A DNA stretch of 63,473 nt, the filler included, from Octopus bimaculoides (Eukaryota), in assembly GCF_001194135.2 (NCBI RefSeq). It is 7 parts of 7 records of this genome, joined end to end, with 100 filler letters (N's around TTAATTAATTAA, not from the genome) between each part and the next. Parts side by side here need not be neighbours in the genome. Positions count along the whole stretch, not along the records: positions 1 to 16,037 come from NC_068984.1; positions 16,138 to 31,059 come from NC_068991.1; 5 more parts are not named here. One strand, written 5' to 3'. Shown one piece after another: positions 14,811-25,719 of the stretch. The translations under genes and the position numbers were made by a program. The notes under the pieces are model-generated. The model made no database searches and was not told the origin of the DNA. It saw only the letters and a program-made list of their open reading frames with translations. Numbering within the stretch: position 1 is the stretch's first letter; each line of letters begins with the position of its first letter.

Positions 14811-14857
14811 GTCTTACAGCTGTTTCCGGGTTATTTATATATTCCTTCATCAGAGAC
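14811..14857 (-). ncRNA. Minimal hammerhead motif of Penelope-LTR type
   Basis: Minus strand GTCT-CTGATGA-AGG[AATATATAAATAA]CCCG-GAA-ACAGCTGT-A-AGAC. Intact core, palindromic stem III, GUA site, 4-bp stem I, weak stem II. Confidence 0.6.
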
Positions 14858-15661
14858 GGTGCGAGAAAATGTAATACTTATTATAGAGAAGAAGATATGA
14901 AATGCAGAGTGAAGTCCAGGAATGAAAACAAACGTGAGATATGTAAGGATATTGAATCTGCAGTTCTATTATTTAATCAGTATGGTGTATATATATGTTC
15001 CCTGCACCTTGTGTGTGAGTTCCAATGGTATTTATAATTGGTCATTCTAAGTCTTGTAAAGGTGTTATTCGATCGAGGTTTTTTTTATAACGTGACTTAA
15101 AAGTTGGGGATGTATTTGTAAAGTCATATCAAAACAGTAAGAGAGAAAAAAAGGAAGAGAGATAAAAAGGAGAGAGAGACAATGAAGAAATGAAGAAAGA
15201 GAAGGTGTGCTAGCTTGTGGTCAGGAGAAAAGGAGAAAAGGAAGGGAGAGGTGAGGGTAAGATAGAGAGGAAGAGATGAGAAGGTAAAGAGTAAAGGAGT
15301 GTGAGGTATGATGTGATAGAGCTTAAGGGATGGGCAGAGCGAGAGGGTGTAAGGGTAGTAAAATTGAGGTGGAATGAAGAATTAGGAATATAAGTAACTT
15401 AAAAGGATAGGTTAGTGGTGAGTAGAAGAAGAATGTATATCTATGAAGATCTTAACACACGTACGTGTATGTAGACATTTACTTACATCAACACATACAT
15501 AGGCATACACAACTCTTGTGTGTTACATGCATTCACGCATATACACACATATATGCACATATACAAAATTATACGTGTGTGCATCCATATATATTATCAT
15601 ACCTGCACATATATGTATATATACCACGCATATATGAATACATACATACATATATATGAGC

Positions 15662-15692
<31 letters not shown>

Positions 15693-16037
15693 ATAAAGTA
15701 AAGCTGTGGAATATCGTACGAGTGGAAATATATGTGAAAGAAGGTTTGAAAATGCACTTATTTTAAAGATATTTATTTACTTAACCGGTTTCACTTTTTT
15801 AGGAAAAGATTATCAAAAGTCTTTGAGAATAATAGAAAATGTTAAAAAACAGTTTGAGTATTAAAATGCATATATACATTCTTTGATGATAATAAGAGGA
15901 ATATATTTAAAGTATAAAGCGTTGTATGAGCTTTGTAGTGTTACATACTAATTATCACACATTCTCTGATAATAAGATGAAAATGTTAAAAACAGTGTAA
16001 GTATGAAAATACATATATGGAAAAATACATATACATA

Positions 16038-16137
16038 NNNNNNNNNNNNNNNNNNNNNNNNNNNNNNNNNNNNNNNNNNNNTTAATTAATTAANNNNNNN
16101 NNNNNNNNNNNNNNNNNNNNNNNNNNNNNNNNNNNNN
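16038..16137. other. Assembly join linker (44 N + TTAATTAATTAA + 44 N)
   Basis: Exactly 100 bp, with a core giving stops in all six frames. Identical linkers at 31060-31159, 33675-33774, 45394-45493, 50098-50197 and 53868-53967. Confidence 0.95.
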
Positions 16138-16357
16138 ATGTACAAGGCACTCATGCCAGTGCCACATAATAGCAAAAAAGGGTGCCACTTTAAAAGACCC
16201 AGCACACACTGTAAAGTGGTTGGCATTTGGAAGGGCATCCAGCCATAGAAACCAAGCCCAATTGGACTGGAACCTGGTGCAGCTCTGCAACTTGCTAGCT
16301 CCAGTCAAACCATCCAAAACATGCCAGCATGGAAAACAGATGTTAAAGGATGATGAT
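16138..16357 (+). mobile_element. Retroposon family C, 3' fragment
   Basis: GGAAGGGCATCCAGCC...GCATGGAAAACAGATGTTAAAGGATGATGAT. Confidence 0.75.
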
Positions 16358-16521
16358 ATATATATGTGTGTGTGTGAATGTGTATAAGGAGAGTGAGAGA
16401 GGAAAATGGTATATATAAATGATTGCATGTTTTTGTATAAATATTTCTATGTCTTTTTTTTTAATATAAATATAGTGAAAGGTTATTACTAATTGTACCC
16501 ATATTCTTATCATATTTCCAG

Positions 16522-16584
16522 CCATCACAGGGAAGTTACCCGCCTAGACCATCAAATCAAGGTTCCTCTCAGCACAACTCTTAT
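16522..16584 (+). CDS. Probable upstream low-complexity exon of the TRPT1-like gene
   Basis: catatttccag|CCA...TAT|gtatgt, 63 nt, phase 0-0. PSQGSYPPRPSNQGSSQHNSY. Confidence 0.55.
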
Positions 16585-16630
16585 GTATGTATATGTGTCA
16601 TTGTATTTATGGTTATGTGAACCCGTGTGG

Positions 16631-16663
<33 letters not shown>

Positions 16664-17059
16664 GCTCCACATACAGATATAGATGTGTATATATGTGTAA
16701 GTATATGTATGTTTATGTACGTATGTGTGTGTAAATGTATATATGTATATATATGTGTGTAAGTAAGTGTATGTATATATATGTATGTACGTGTGTGTGT
16801 GTGTGTGTATATATGGCCAAAAACAAATCAAGGTGAAAGGGGGGGGAAGGAGAAGGAAAAAAGGGGAGGAATACAGTTAGAAAATCAGGACTAAACTAAG
16901 ACAATTAAAGCTAAGGTTTCAGAATTGATAATATGGTAGAAGAGACTTAGAATTAGCTAGAGAAATGGAAGAATATTATCAGTGGGTTGGGAAATGTTAA
17001 AATGTATTCCAAATTTATACTTTAAAGCTATAACTCAAATAAAGTAGTTAATAGTGTGG

Positions 17060-18060
17060 GAAACGAAAGGGATTAAAATAATATATTATTAGCAAGATTT
17101 ACTTTTTAAAATATTTAAAGGTGCGAGAGTAACAATGTACACATAGAACCCTAAGGTCAGATCTACTGTTAATTAGATTAGGATTATCCTTAAGTTTAAA
17201 AATTTCATAAATTTCCATAGAGCACAGTCCACAGCTGTATCTACTATTTCTATAGGGTTGTGCTCTCCTGATGATTTCCCATTTAATGTTAAAATCGATG
17301 CCTTTTCCTTCAATTCCCAAATTTTATTAGATAATGATGTGCTATTGGCCTTATGTTTAAGTCAAAACGAAGAAAAATTATTGTATAATCGCTGTTTAAG
17401 ATTGATTGTGCAACCAACATAAATGTAATTATTAGTTGGAGTAGCTACTGTACATTTATAGACCACATTACGGGCTAAACAACGGCCAGATACTGGGCAG
17501 CAGGCCTTAATTCTACAATTGCAATCAAGGGGATTATTAGCTATATATATATTACTATGTTGATTGTTGGTACAAATATCTAAATTGGTTATATCAATAT
17601 TGTTGGTTGTATTACTGGATATGCAATTGATATTGTTAGAGCTAGGAAGATTTATCTCATCAACTATGTTAACAGTTGAAGTATTATGTTCATTAACATG
17701 TACATGATTATTGGTGTTATTAATTGTCTGGTAGTTATTTGTATTGCTATCAATACTAAGACAATTTTTATTTTCAAGGGTCCTAGCTAGTTCAATGTTC
17801 TTTTTATTCAACTTATTGATGATAGATCCTATATTGGGGAGAGTAGAGTATGAGATACAGATTGTGTGTTGAGAAAAGATTTTATAATATCTATGGTTAG
17901 GGTCGAAATTTTTTTGTAAGATATTCATAAATTTCTTATAGATGTTCGTAGATACTAAATAGTTGTAAGGGATGTTAAACCATATAGAATTTTTTTCTTT
18001 TAGATTTGTAATATGAAGGGGGTTTGTGGTTATCAAGTATTTGGGGTTATATTATCTATC
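17060..18060 (-). mobile_element. Penelope-like retroelement 3' part (GIY-YIG endonuclease), frameshifted
   Basis: ORF 17362-18036 has IWFNIPY...ISYSTLPNI...CNCRIKACCPVSGRCLARNVVYKC...YVGCT. ORF 17099-17320 has IKWEII...CGLCSME...LINSRSDL...CVH. Confidence 0.85.
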
Positions 18061-18403
18061 TTGTTATGTAAAGTAATTTTCCTACTCTTTTGGCCATTAT
18101 TATAATTTCTTAACCTAGGTATTTTATTAGTGTTAATATGATTATGTAGACATTTATCAGGTTGTATTTCATCTATAAGAAATTTATGGATATCTTACAA
18201 AAAAATTTTGACCCAAACCATATCTATAGACGTATATGTATATATATATATGTATGTGTATATAGGTATATATATATGTATGTGTGTATATGTAGATATA
18301 TATATGTATGTGTGTATATATATATGTATGTGTATATATATATGTATATATCTATGTGTATATATGTGTATATATATATATGTATATGTATGTATATGTA
18401 TAT

Positions 18404-19023
18404 AAGACCCGGCAAACCAAGTGAGACCATAACCCATGGCCTATGCCAGTGGTGTAACCAACCCACTTAGGTGTACCTTTCTTTCATTGGACACTTAACT
18501 CTTCTTGCGAAGACCTGTTGAGGCAAGTGAAATGGAAATCGAATTTGATGACAGCACCACATGACTGGCATCTGTGCCAGTGGAGCACTAAGAGCACCAT
18601 CCAAGTGTGATTGTTGCCAGGGCCACTGACTGGCCCTCGTGCCGGTGGCATGTGAAAAAGCACCATTCGAGCGTAATTGTTACCAGTGTCGCCTTACTGG
18701 CACTTGTGCCGGTGGTACGTGAAAAACAATATTCGAGTGACGGCGCTGCCAGTGCCGCTGGACTGGCTCCTGTGCAGGTGACATGTAAAAACACCATTTG
18801 AGCATGGCCATTGCCAGTACCGCCTGACTGGCCCTTGTGCCGATGGCACGTAAAAGCACCCACTACTCTCTCAGAGTGGTTGGCATTAGGAAGGGCATCT
18901 AACTGTAGAAACTCTGCCAGATCAGATTGGAGCCTGGTGCAGCCATCTGGCTCACCAGTCCCCAGTCAAACCGTCCAACCCATGCCAGCATGGAAAGCAG
19001 ACATTAAACGATGATGATGATGT
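18404..19023 (+). mobile_element. Retroposon family C, long copy with internal tandem subrepeats and (GAT)n tail
   Basis: Repeated GGCACGTAAAAAGCACCAT-type units, then GGAAGGGCATC...GCATGGAAAGCAGACATTAAACGATGATGATG. Confidence 0.85.
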
Positions 19024-19271
19024 ATATATATGAACATTATATATGTATATATCTAAGATAATAAATGCACAAACTAATTTCTGTGTCTCAGTGTGTCACA
19101 CCTAGACCCCCTCATTTACTATTCCATGATACTCCTACTATTCCTCATGATGGGGGTGAGAGTAACATTAGGCATAGAGATGGTGAGGGTGGTGGCGTCA
19201 TCAGACAGAGAGAGAGAAAGAAAAAGAGAGGGAGAGAAAGAGACAAAGAAATTTAAGGTGAATTGAATGTC

Positions 19272-19362
19272 ATCATCATCATCATCATCATCATCATCGT
19301 TTAACGTCCGCTTTCCATGCTAGCATGGGTTGGACGATTTGATTGAGGACTGGTGAAACCAG
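19272..19362 (-). mobile_element. Retroposon family C, 3' fragment
   Basis: (CAT)n followed by CGTTTAACGTCCGCTTTCCATGC. Confidence 0.8.
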
Positions 19363-19571
19363 AAAAGTAGTCGTGTTGATGGTGGCAGTAGGAGTAATAA
19401 TAAAAGACAGAAAGAGGAAGGTGATTTATTACTTTGTTTAACTATGTGTCTTTGACAGAAATTCCTGTCGCAAACATGTTAAACATTATCATTTAAAAAA
19501 GCCTTTTTTGCTTTCTTTAATATAGTGAAAGCTTATTACTAATTGTTCCTATATTCGCATTATATTTTCAG

Positions 19572-19628
19572 GCAGATCACCAGTCAGGATCATCAAATTT
19601 CTATGGTTCATCTCAGTATTACCCTCAA
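19572..19628 (+). CDS. Probable upstream low-complexity exon of the TRPT1-like gene
   Basis: cattatattttcag|GCA...CAA|gtacgt, 57 nt, phase 0-0. ADHQSGSSNFYGSSQYYPQ. Confidence 0.55.
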
Positions 19629-19879
19629 GTACGTATATGTATTTATGTTTTTTATCAGTCCATGATGTGTGGCAATATGTGTGTGTGTATGTATAGATGT
19701 GTGTGCATGTAGTGTTTGTGTGTGTGTATATATACACACACATATACATATACACACTCACAGGGTGATCAGACGAAATGTAGTCATATTGATTCTAATA
19801 GTATATCAAATTTAAATATGCTCAAATAAAGCTCAGAAAAGGTAGATTAAGATCATATATTTAACTTTCAATACATCCA

Positions 19880-20110
19880 CCTTTTCCAGAGACTATCTTC
19901 CAGAGTCTGGGAACAAATTGGGAGTGAATGGCACGAACAGTTTCTTTGGAGATTTCATCCTAGCATTTTCGCAAATAGTGCTCAAGAGCTCTGAGACTTG
20001 TGTGAAAATCAGCACAGGCTTTTCTCTCAAGGATAGGCCTTATGCCAAATTCCTGGGATGTTTTGGGGTTCTGCTATCTCAATGTTAATGAACCTCATGC
20101 ACATGGTAGA
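19880..20110 (-). mobile_element. maT/Tc1-mariner transposase C-terminal remnant (paralogous to 25741-25900)
   Basis: Near-identical to 25735-25885. Encodes a ...ILERK.CADFHTSLRALEH...DEISKETV...VPRLWK remnant. Confidence 0.7.
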
Positions 20111-20140
20111 TTATGGTATATTTCACAATATACATTAGTT

Positions 20141-20625
20141 TTAATATCTAATTGACCCTGCTTTAGCATCAATTACCGCTTTTATATGGTTAGGCATTGA
20201 ATCAACTAGTTTCTTACAGGTGCTAGGAGCAATTTTACTCCATTCTTCTCTCAACTTTTGGTACAAATGCTCTTTATTTTTAATTGTTGTGTTCCTGATA
20301 GCTTCACCAAGAGTTCCCCATAAGTGTTCGATCGGATTTAGATTGGGACTTTGAGCTGGACAGTGTGTGGGAACAATACCCTGTGTCTCAAACCATTGAT
20401 GAGTATTCTTTGCTGTATGACATAGAGCATTGTCCTGTTGAAGGATAACACTGTTTTTTGACACTCCTGGATGCAATTTAGCAATTGATGGCTCTAAAAT
20501 ATCTGATAACATAGAAGCATAGGTAGCTGAATTTATCCTTCCCTGACATAAAAATATTTCTCTGGTTCCTGTGGCTGACATGCAGGCCCACACCATGTTA
20601 GAACCACTCCCAGCTTCTTCCACTG
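20141..20625 (-). mobile_element. Tc1 (DD34E-type) transposase C-terminal half, open frame
   Basis: GSGSNMVWACMS...QQDNALCHT...AQSPNLNPIEHLW...EEWSKI...SMPNHIKAVIDAKAGSIRY. Confidence 0.9.
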
Positions 20626-21310
20626 TGTTCGTGTGGACTGTAGGATCATTGGGGTCTACAAAATGAGCACTGTGGTTCACTGTTGAATGGCCTTGCAAAG
20701 CATTATATGCCTTCCAGCAATCGGTTATAATCTTCATCCCTGGACAAGAACTAACACACATCTTAGCGTCCCACGTTGCATCATTCCAAGAACCCAGTTG
20801 CCCAGCTTATAATGACTTCTGTGATATTTGCGATGCATAAACTTTGATTCATCTATCTCAATGATGACATCCTGCCCACCAAGTTGGACAGGATTATCAA
20901 TGCACCACATGGCACAAATGTCCTGAAAGTAGTTATACCAATTGACTATTACTTCTGATCCAATCCCAACTTCTCTCATAACTACAGACTGCTTACAATC
21001 CATTTCAGCCCAGTAATAGATTAAAATGAGGAGCCATGCCAGTGATGTGTGGGAATCCACAAAAAAGAATCTTTTCTCAAACTTCGATGGCACCTACAAG
21101 TTCGACATCTCCACATTATGCCTTCGGAAGTTCTTTTCTTTGGTGTAAGGGTCATCAGGTTATTGCAACACTCAGCCAAATTTTTTATTAGCACCACAGA
21201 GGCAAGGAATTCTATGGTCGAATTCGAACTGTTCGCCATACCCTGAACCTCTCTAAGAATATATTTCTTTTGCATTAAGTTATCAATGGGTATTACAGAA
21301 TCCACTATGT
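20626..21310 (-). mobile_element. Merlin/IS1595-type (ISXO2-like) transposase, frameshifted and 3'-truncated
   Basis: Zn ribbon WRCRTCRC; IEIDESKFMHRKYHR...WVLG; ITDCWKAY...HSTVNHSAHFVDP...HTNTVE. Confidence 0.85.
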
Positions 21311-21724
21311 GGCATCAATTATCCATCCTGAAATGCAATACAGGCATGTAGGGGCTTTTCCTAGAATTTAAAAAGGAAGAAAAGCTGAAAACTACTGTTT
21401 ATATACGCAGAGGGTGGCTCAAACAGCATATACTTTTTTTTCCCGCGTTGGGAAGTTGAAACTGACCAATAACTGTGACTTGATGCTAAAGAAAAGAACT
21501 TGGTCACCAGACAATAACTACCATCTTGGTTAGTTCTGTTGACCAAGTTCTTATTGGTCAGTTTTTTCCCACTTCGGGAAGTTTCAACTTCAGGAAACTG
21601 GTAAGGGAGGTTGGATTTGACCTTGTACCATATGGAATGATCAACCAAAGAGTTCTGGTAGGGCACACCTTGTTATTAGGGTAATTATCTTGAAAAGTCC
21701 TAGACTTATTTTTATTACATATAA

Positions 21725-21830
21725 AGATTGGAGCCTGATGTAGCCATCTGGTTTCACCAGTCCTCAGTCAAATCGTCCAACCCATGCTAGCTTGGAAAGC
21801 GGACGTTAAACGACGACGATGATGATGATG
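21725..21830 (+). mobile_element. Retroposon family C, 3' fragment
   Basis: GATTGGAGCCTG...GGACGTTAAACGACGACGATGATG. Confidence 0.8.
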
Positions 21831-21899
21831 AAAGGGATATAAAGAACTGTTATCTCCCTTATGCTGTAAAATTACATTTTTCAATTTAGTGTTGTTATT

Positions 21900-22200
21900 C
21901 AAACAAAAATTTATATTATTACTGTTATAATGTGTTTTCATGTCCTGATTAATAGAGGCAGAATTAATGCCAATGGGGTTAAGATAGGTAATCTTTTCTT
22001 TATAGCCTGCTTTAAGTAAGGCAGAGTTATAAACTTCGCTTTTATCATTGAAGATATCATCATTAGCAGATAATCTAGAAAGTCTAAGTGGAATATTTCT
22101 AACTCAATTCCTTGTAATAGCCTTTGGATGATTACTGAAAGAGCTAATATATTTTGGAGTTGAGGGTTTATGGTATGAGAAATATGAATCATATAAGTTA
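21900..22200 (-). mobile_element. Second Penelope-like fragment (RT-endonuclease linker)
   Basis: Minus-strand frame YHKPSTPKYISSFSNHPKAIT...IPLRLSRLSANDDIFNDKSEVYNSALLKAGY matches the PLE SNHP...RISxLS...ALxxSGY region. Confidence 0.7.
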
Positions 22201-22641
22201 AGGGTAATATCCATCGTTCCCCTTCATCATATACGTGACAGTCACATTCAGTTAAAATGGCTTATTGATGTGTTTTGTTTCTCTTTTTTTTTCTCTGACA
22301 AAATGATTGCATTGTTTTACATCGTTTTTATTCCTTCTGGAATAATATCAATGCTTTCTTCAAATCATATGTTGGAAGTATAAATGATTTGAATAACACC
22401 TGCATTTGACCCCATTTCTTAATTTATCTATATATATGTATATATGTGTGTGTGTGTGTATATATATAAAAATAAAATGACCCCCAGACAAAAGGTCAAA
22501 ACTGTTTTATTTCAAATTTTTGTTCATTTTTACTGATGTTTGATAAGATGAGATTCATTGAAACTGATAGTATTTTCTTTATATAATTTTTAAAATCATT
22601 TTTATTAAATTCCATATGCCATAGCATATCTTTCTTATTGT

Positions 22642-23162
22642 CACACTGCCTTCTGCGCATGCATGCTAATAGTTAGTGACATTGTGATCACGTAATCAAA
22701 GTTTGAGCCTGATAGTGCCATTTTTCTTTCTGATTTTACAATGTAAGCATGGCCACTCCATTGTGCACCAAAGAAGAACAAAGAAGTGACCCAATTTTTG
22801 TGATCAGAAGGTGTGTCAGGTGTTGAAATTCATTGGAGTCTTCTACCACAATACAGGAACAGTGCATTACCGCATAGAAGTGTGTATGAGTGGATCGAGA
22901 AGTGTAAGAGGGAGGAGGTGCTTGTCAACCTTGACCACTGATGAGAAGATTCAGCAAGCTTGAGAGATGGTGATGGTGAACTTGTTCACTATTACCATCT
23001 CTCAGATCACTGCTCTTCGTTGTTTTTTGGTGCACATTGCTAGTGGAGCAGCCATGCTTACACTGTATGGCCAGAAAAAAAAATGGTGCTATCATGCTCA
23101 AACTTTGATCACGTGACCACAATACTACAAACTATAAGAATGCATGTGCAGAAGGCAGTGTG
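22642..23162. mobile_element. Mariner-derived foldback element with about 180-bp inverted arms
   Basis: 22642-~22810 is the reverse complement (about 80% by eye) of ~22990-23162. The core encodes a decayed mariner N-terminus, MATPLCTKEEQRS...HRSVYEWIEK. Confidence 0.7.
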
Positions 23163-23209
23163 GTTATGATAAAGATGGCAAAATTGCAGATAATTTTTGA
23201 CTTCCCCTC

Positions 23210-23279
<70 letters not shown>

Positions 23280-23380
23280 ATGTCTGTATATGTGTGTATG
23301 TCTGTATATATATATGTGTATGTGTATGTCTGTATATGTGTATATGTATGTATGTATATATATATATATATATATATATA

Positions 23381-24620
23381 GTAGTTCCCCGGTATTTGCG
23401 GGAGTTACATTTCTAGAGCACCTGCGAATATTGGACGTGGTCCTTAAAAATACCTATAAATGTCAAAATATCATGTAAAATATTATAAATATATATATAT
23501 ATAATATTTAATAATAATTTAATAAAATATAAAGTAAAATGTCCTGTTACTCATCAATAATGAATGATATTGATTTAAGACAATGATGACAAAATTAATG
23601 AAGGTACTGACTGCAGAGCAAAGATTTAAAGCTCTGTGGTTGAAGCTACTTCTTCATGTGTTGTGTCTTCGTGCAAGGCTTTCTTGGTGGGCTTGAGGAA
23701 CATTGTGATGAGAAGTTGCTGTTGTTGTTTATTCATGGTGGCGAGGAGAGTTTTATATGGCTGCATCGATGGCATTTTGGAGAGATCGGACCATATAGGG
23801 ATGCCATGCTTCCACCTTCCCTTGCAATTCTTTTGCTGCCCTTAAAAGGTCAGAAAGACATTCGATTGCCAGGCCCACCTCATCCTCTTCTTCCTCTCGA
23901 TTTGGCGCTTCCTCCTCTTCACTGGCAGACTTCGTTAACTCCAACAAATCTTTGTCTGTCAGGGTTTCAGAGTGGGCATCAATGAGGTCGTTGACCTCAT
24001 ATTGTGTGAAGTCGTCAAAATCTTCACCACTAAGTACCTTTGCCAGTTTCACTGCATTGTTGACAGCCTCGTGCTGGATATCTTAGGTGAGAAGCCCTTA
24101 TAGTCATAGACACATACTGGCCACACCTTTTTCCAGCATGCAATGAGGATTTCTTTTTCATGTGTTTAAGAGCAGATGGATGGCGGACATGCATGTTGCG
24201 ATTGTGACGTTATGCCAGTACTCCTTTAACTTGAAATTCTTGTCCGAATCCATTGCATCCACAAGGTGTTGGAGAGAGTTTCGAGTGTAAAGTGCCTTGA
24301 AAGCACGGATCACGCCTTGATCCATAGACTGGATGAGAGGGGTGGTGTTGGCAGGGAGGAACTCGACTTGGACTCCCTCGTGATTCAAATCCAAAGAGTG
24401 ACCACCAGCATTATCCTTAACAAGCAACACCTTGAATTCCATGCAAACATTTTGGAGGTATTCCTTGACTTGAGGGATGAAGCATCAGTGGAACCAATTC
24501 AAAGATAGACTTTTGGTAATTCAGGCCTTGCAGTTGTGCACCCAGTGGACAAGCAGCAGGTTTTTATTTCCATTTATGATGAATCAGGGGCTTTCCACTA
24601 GAGGGAAGCACTGGGTAGAT
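23381..24620 (-). mobile_element. pogo/Tigger-family transposon 3' half, decayed
   Basis: KVLLVKDNAGGH...FLPANTTPLIQSMDQGVIRAFKALY (DDE_1 domain) and an acidic C-terminus. Terminal GTAGTTCCCCGG abuts a TA run at 23381. Confidence 0.85.
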
Positions 24621-25358
24621 GTGATGTTTTTACACCTTTTTAACATTAGAGAACATTTTCTCTGCAGGAACTGCAATGAATTTTCCTTTAGTAGTTAAAA
24701 TATATCACAGACATATTTTAACAAACCTAAAGTTTATTTATTCTTCACCACTGCTTGGTGGTGTTGTTGATTTNNNNNNNNNNNNNNNNNNNNNNNNNNN
24801 NNNNNNNNNNNNNNNNNNNNNNNNNNNNNNNNNNNNNNNNNNNNNNNNNNNNNNNNNNNNNNNNNNNNNNNNATATATATATATATATACTATCTTCACG
24901 TATACTCTTATTATACTAGAGTAATACATACACACACACATGGTGAAGAAAAACACAAGTGAGCCATGTTGTCACAAAGGTGTTCATAATTTCACACTTG
25001 AAAGCAAAAGGGATATAGAGTCCTTCAGGAAAAAAGAGAATGGTGTAATAGAAATGAGTAAAGAGAGAAAAATAAAAAGACGTTAAGGTTCAGGTGGAAA
25101 TTCAGTTCTATGGGGAGGCGGTAAGAAGAGAGGGAAAGGTAAGGAGTTGTGTGCATATAGGGAAGAGTACTTGCATAAGAAGATGGGCACAGGAGTGGGT
25201 GGATAGTTTTTGGTGCAGAAGCAGCCATAACCAAGATGTATCTCACAACGTTCCACCACAAATGTCACCCAGTACCATACATATGCATGCATATTTAATG
25301 TGTGTATTTATGTATGTATGTGATGTGTGTGTGTGTATAGGGAGAGTGAAGGGAAAAT

Positions 25359-25393
<35 letters not shown>

Positions 25394-25481
25394 GTTTTTG
25401 TATAAATATATCTGTCTTTTTCAATATAGATATAGCGAAAGCTTATTATTAATTGTACCTATATTCTCATTATATTTCCAG

Positions 25482-25499
25482 ACCGAATACCGCTCTAAT
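25482..25499 (+). CDS. Candidate 18-nt microexon (TEYRSN) of the TRPT1-like gene
   Basis: cattatatttccag|ACCGAATACCGCTCTAAT|gttcat. Both flanks are homologous to those of the 19572 exon. The donor is weak. Confidence 0.35.
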
Positions 25500-25719
25500 G
25501 TTCATATATATATTTGTTTTATATGAGTCCATGATGTGTGGAGGTGTGTGTGCATGCGTGTATGTATAGGTGTGTGTGTGTGTGCATATATGTATGTGTG
25601 TGTGTGTGTGAATAAAGACACACACATATACACACTCACAGGGTGATCAGACAAAATGTAGACATATATATTCAAGTAGTATATGCTCAAGTGAAGCTCA
25701 GAAAATGTAGATTAAGATG

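Noticed and set aside
16082-16093. TTAATTAATTAA as a recurrent regulatory or homeodomain motif
   Set aside because: It is always centred in exactly 88 Ns, which marks it as an assembly spacer.
10256-16584. ATG at 10256 (MTQSLNASEIV|gtgagt, phase 0) as the start of the TRPT1-like gene
   Set aside because: The phase fits, but the linker at 16038-16137 lies between them, so linkage cannot be supported.
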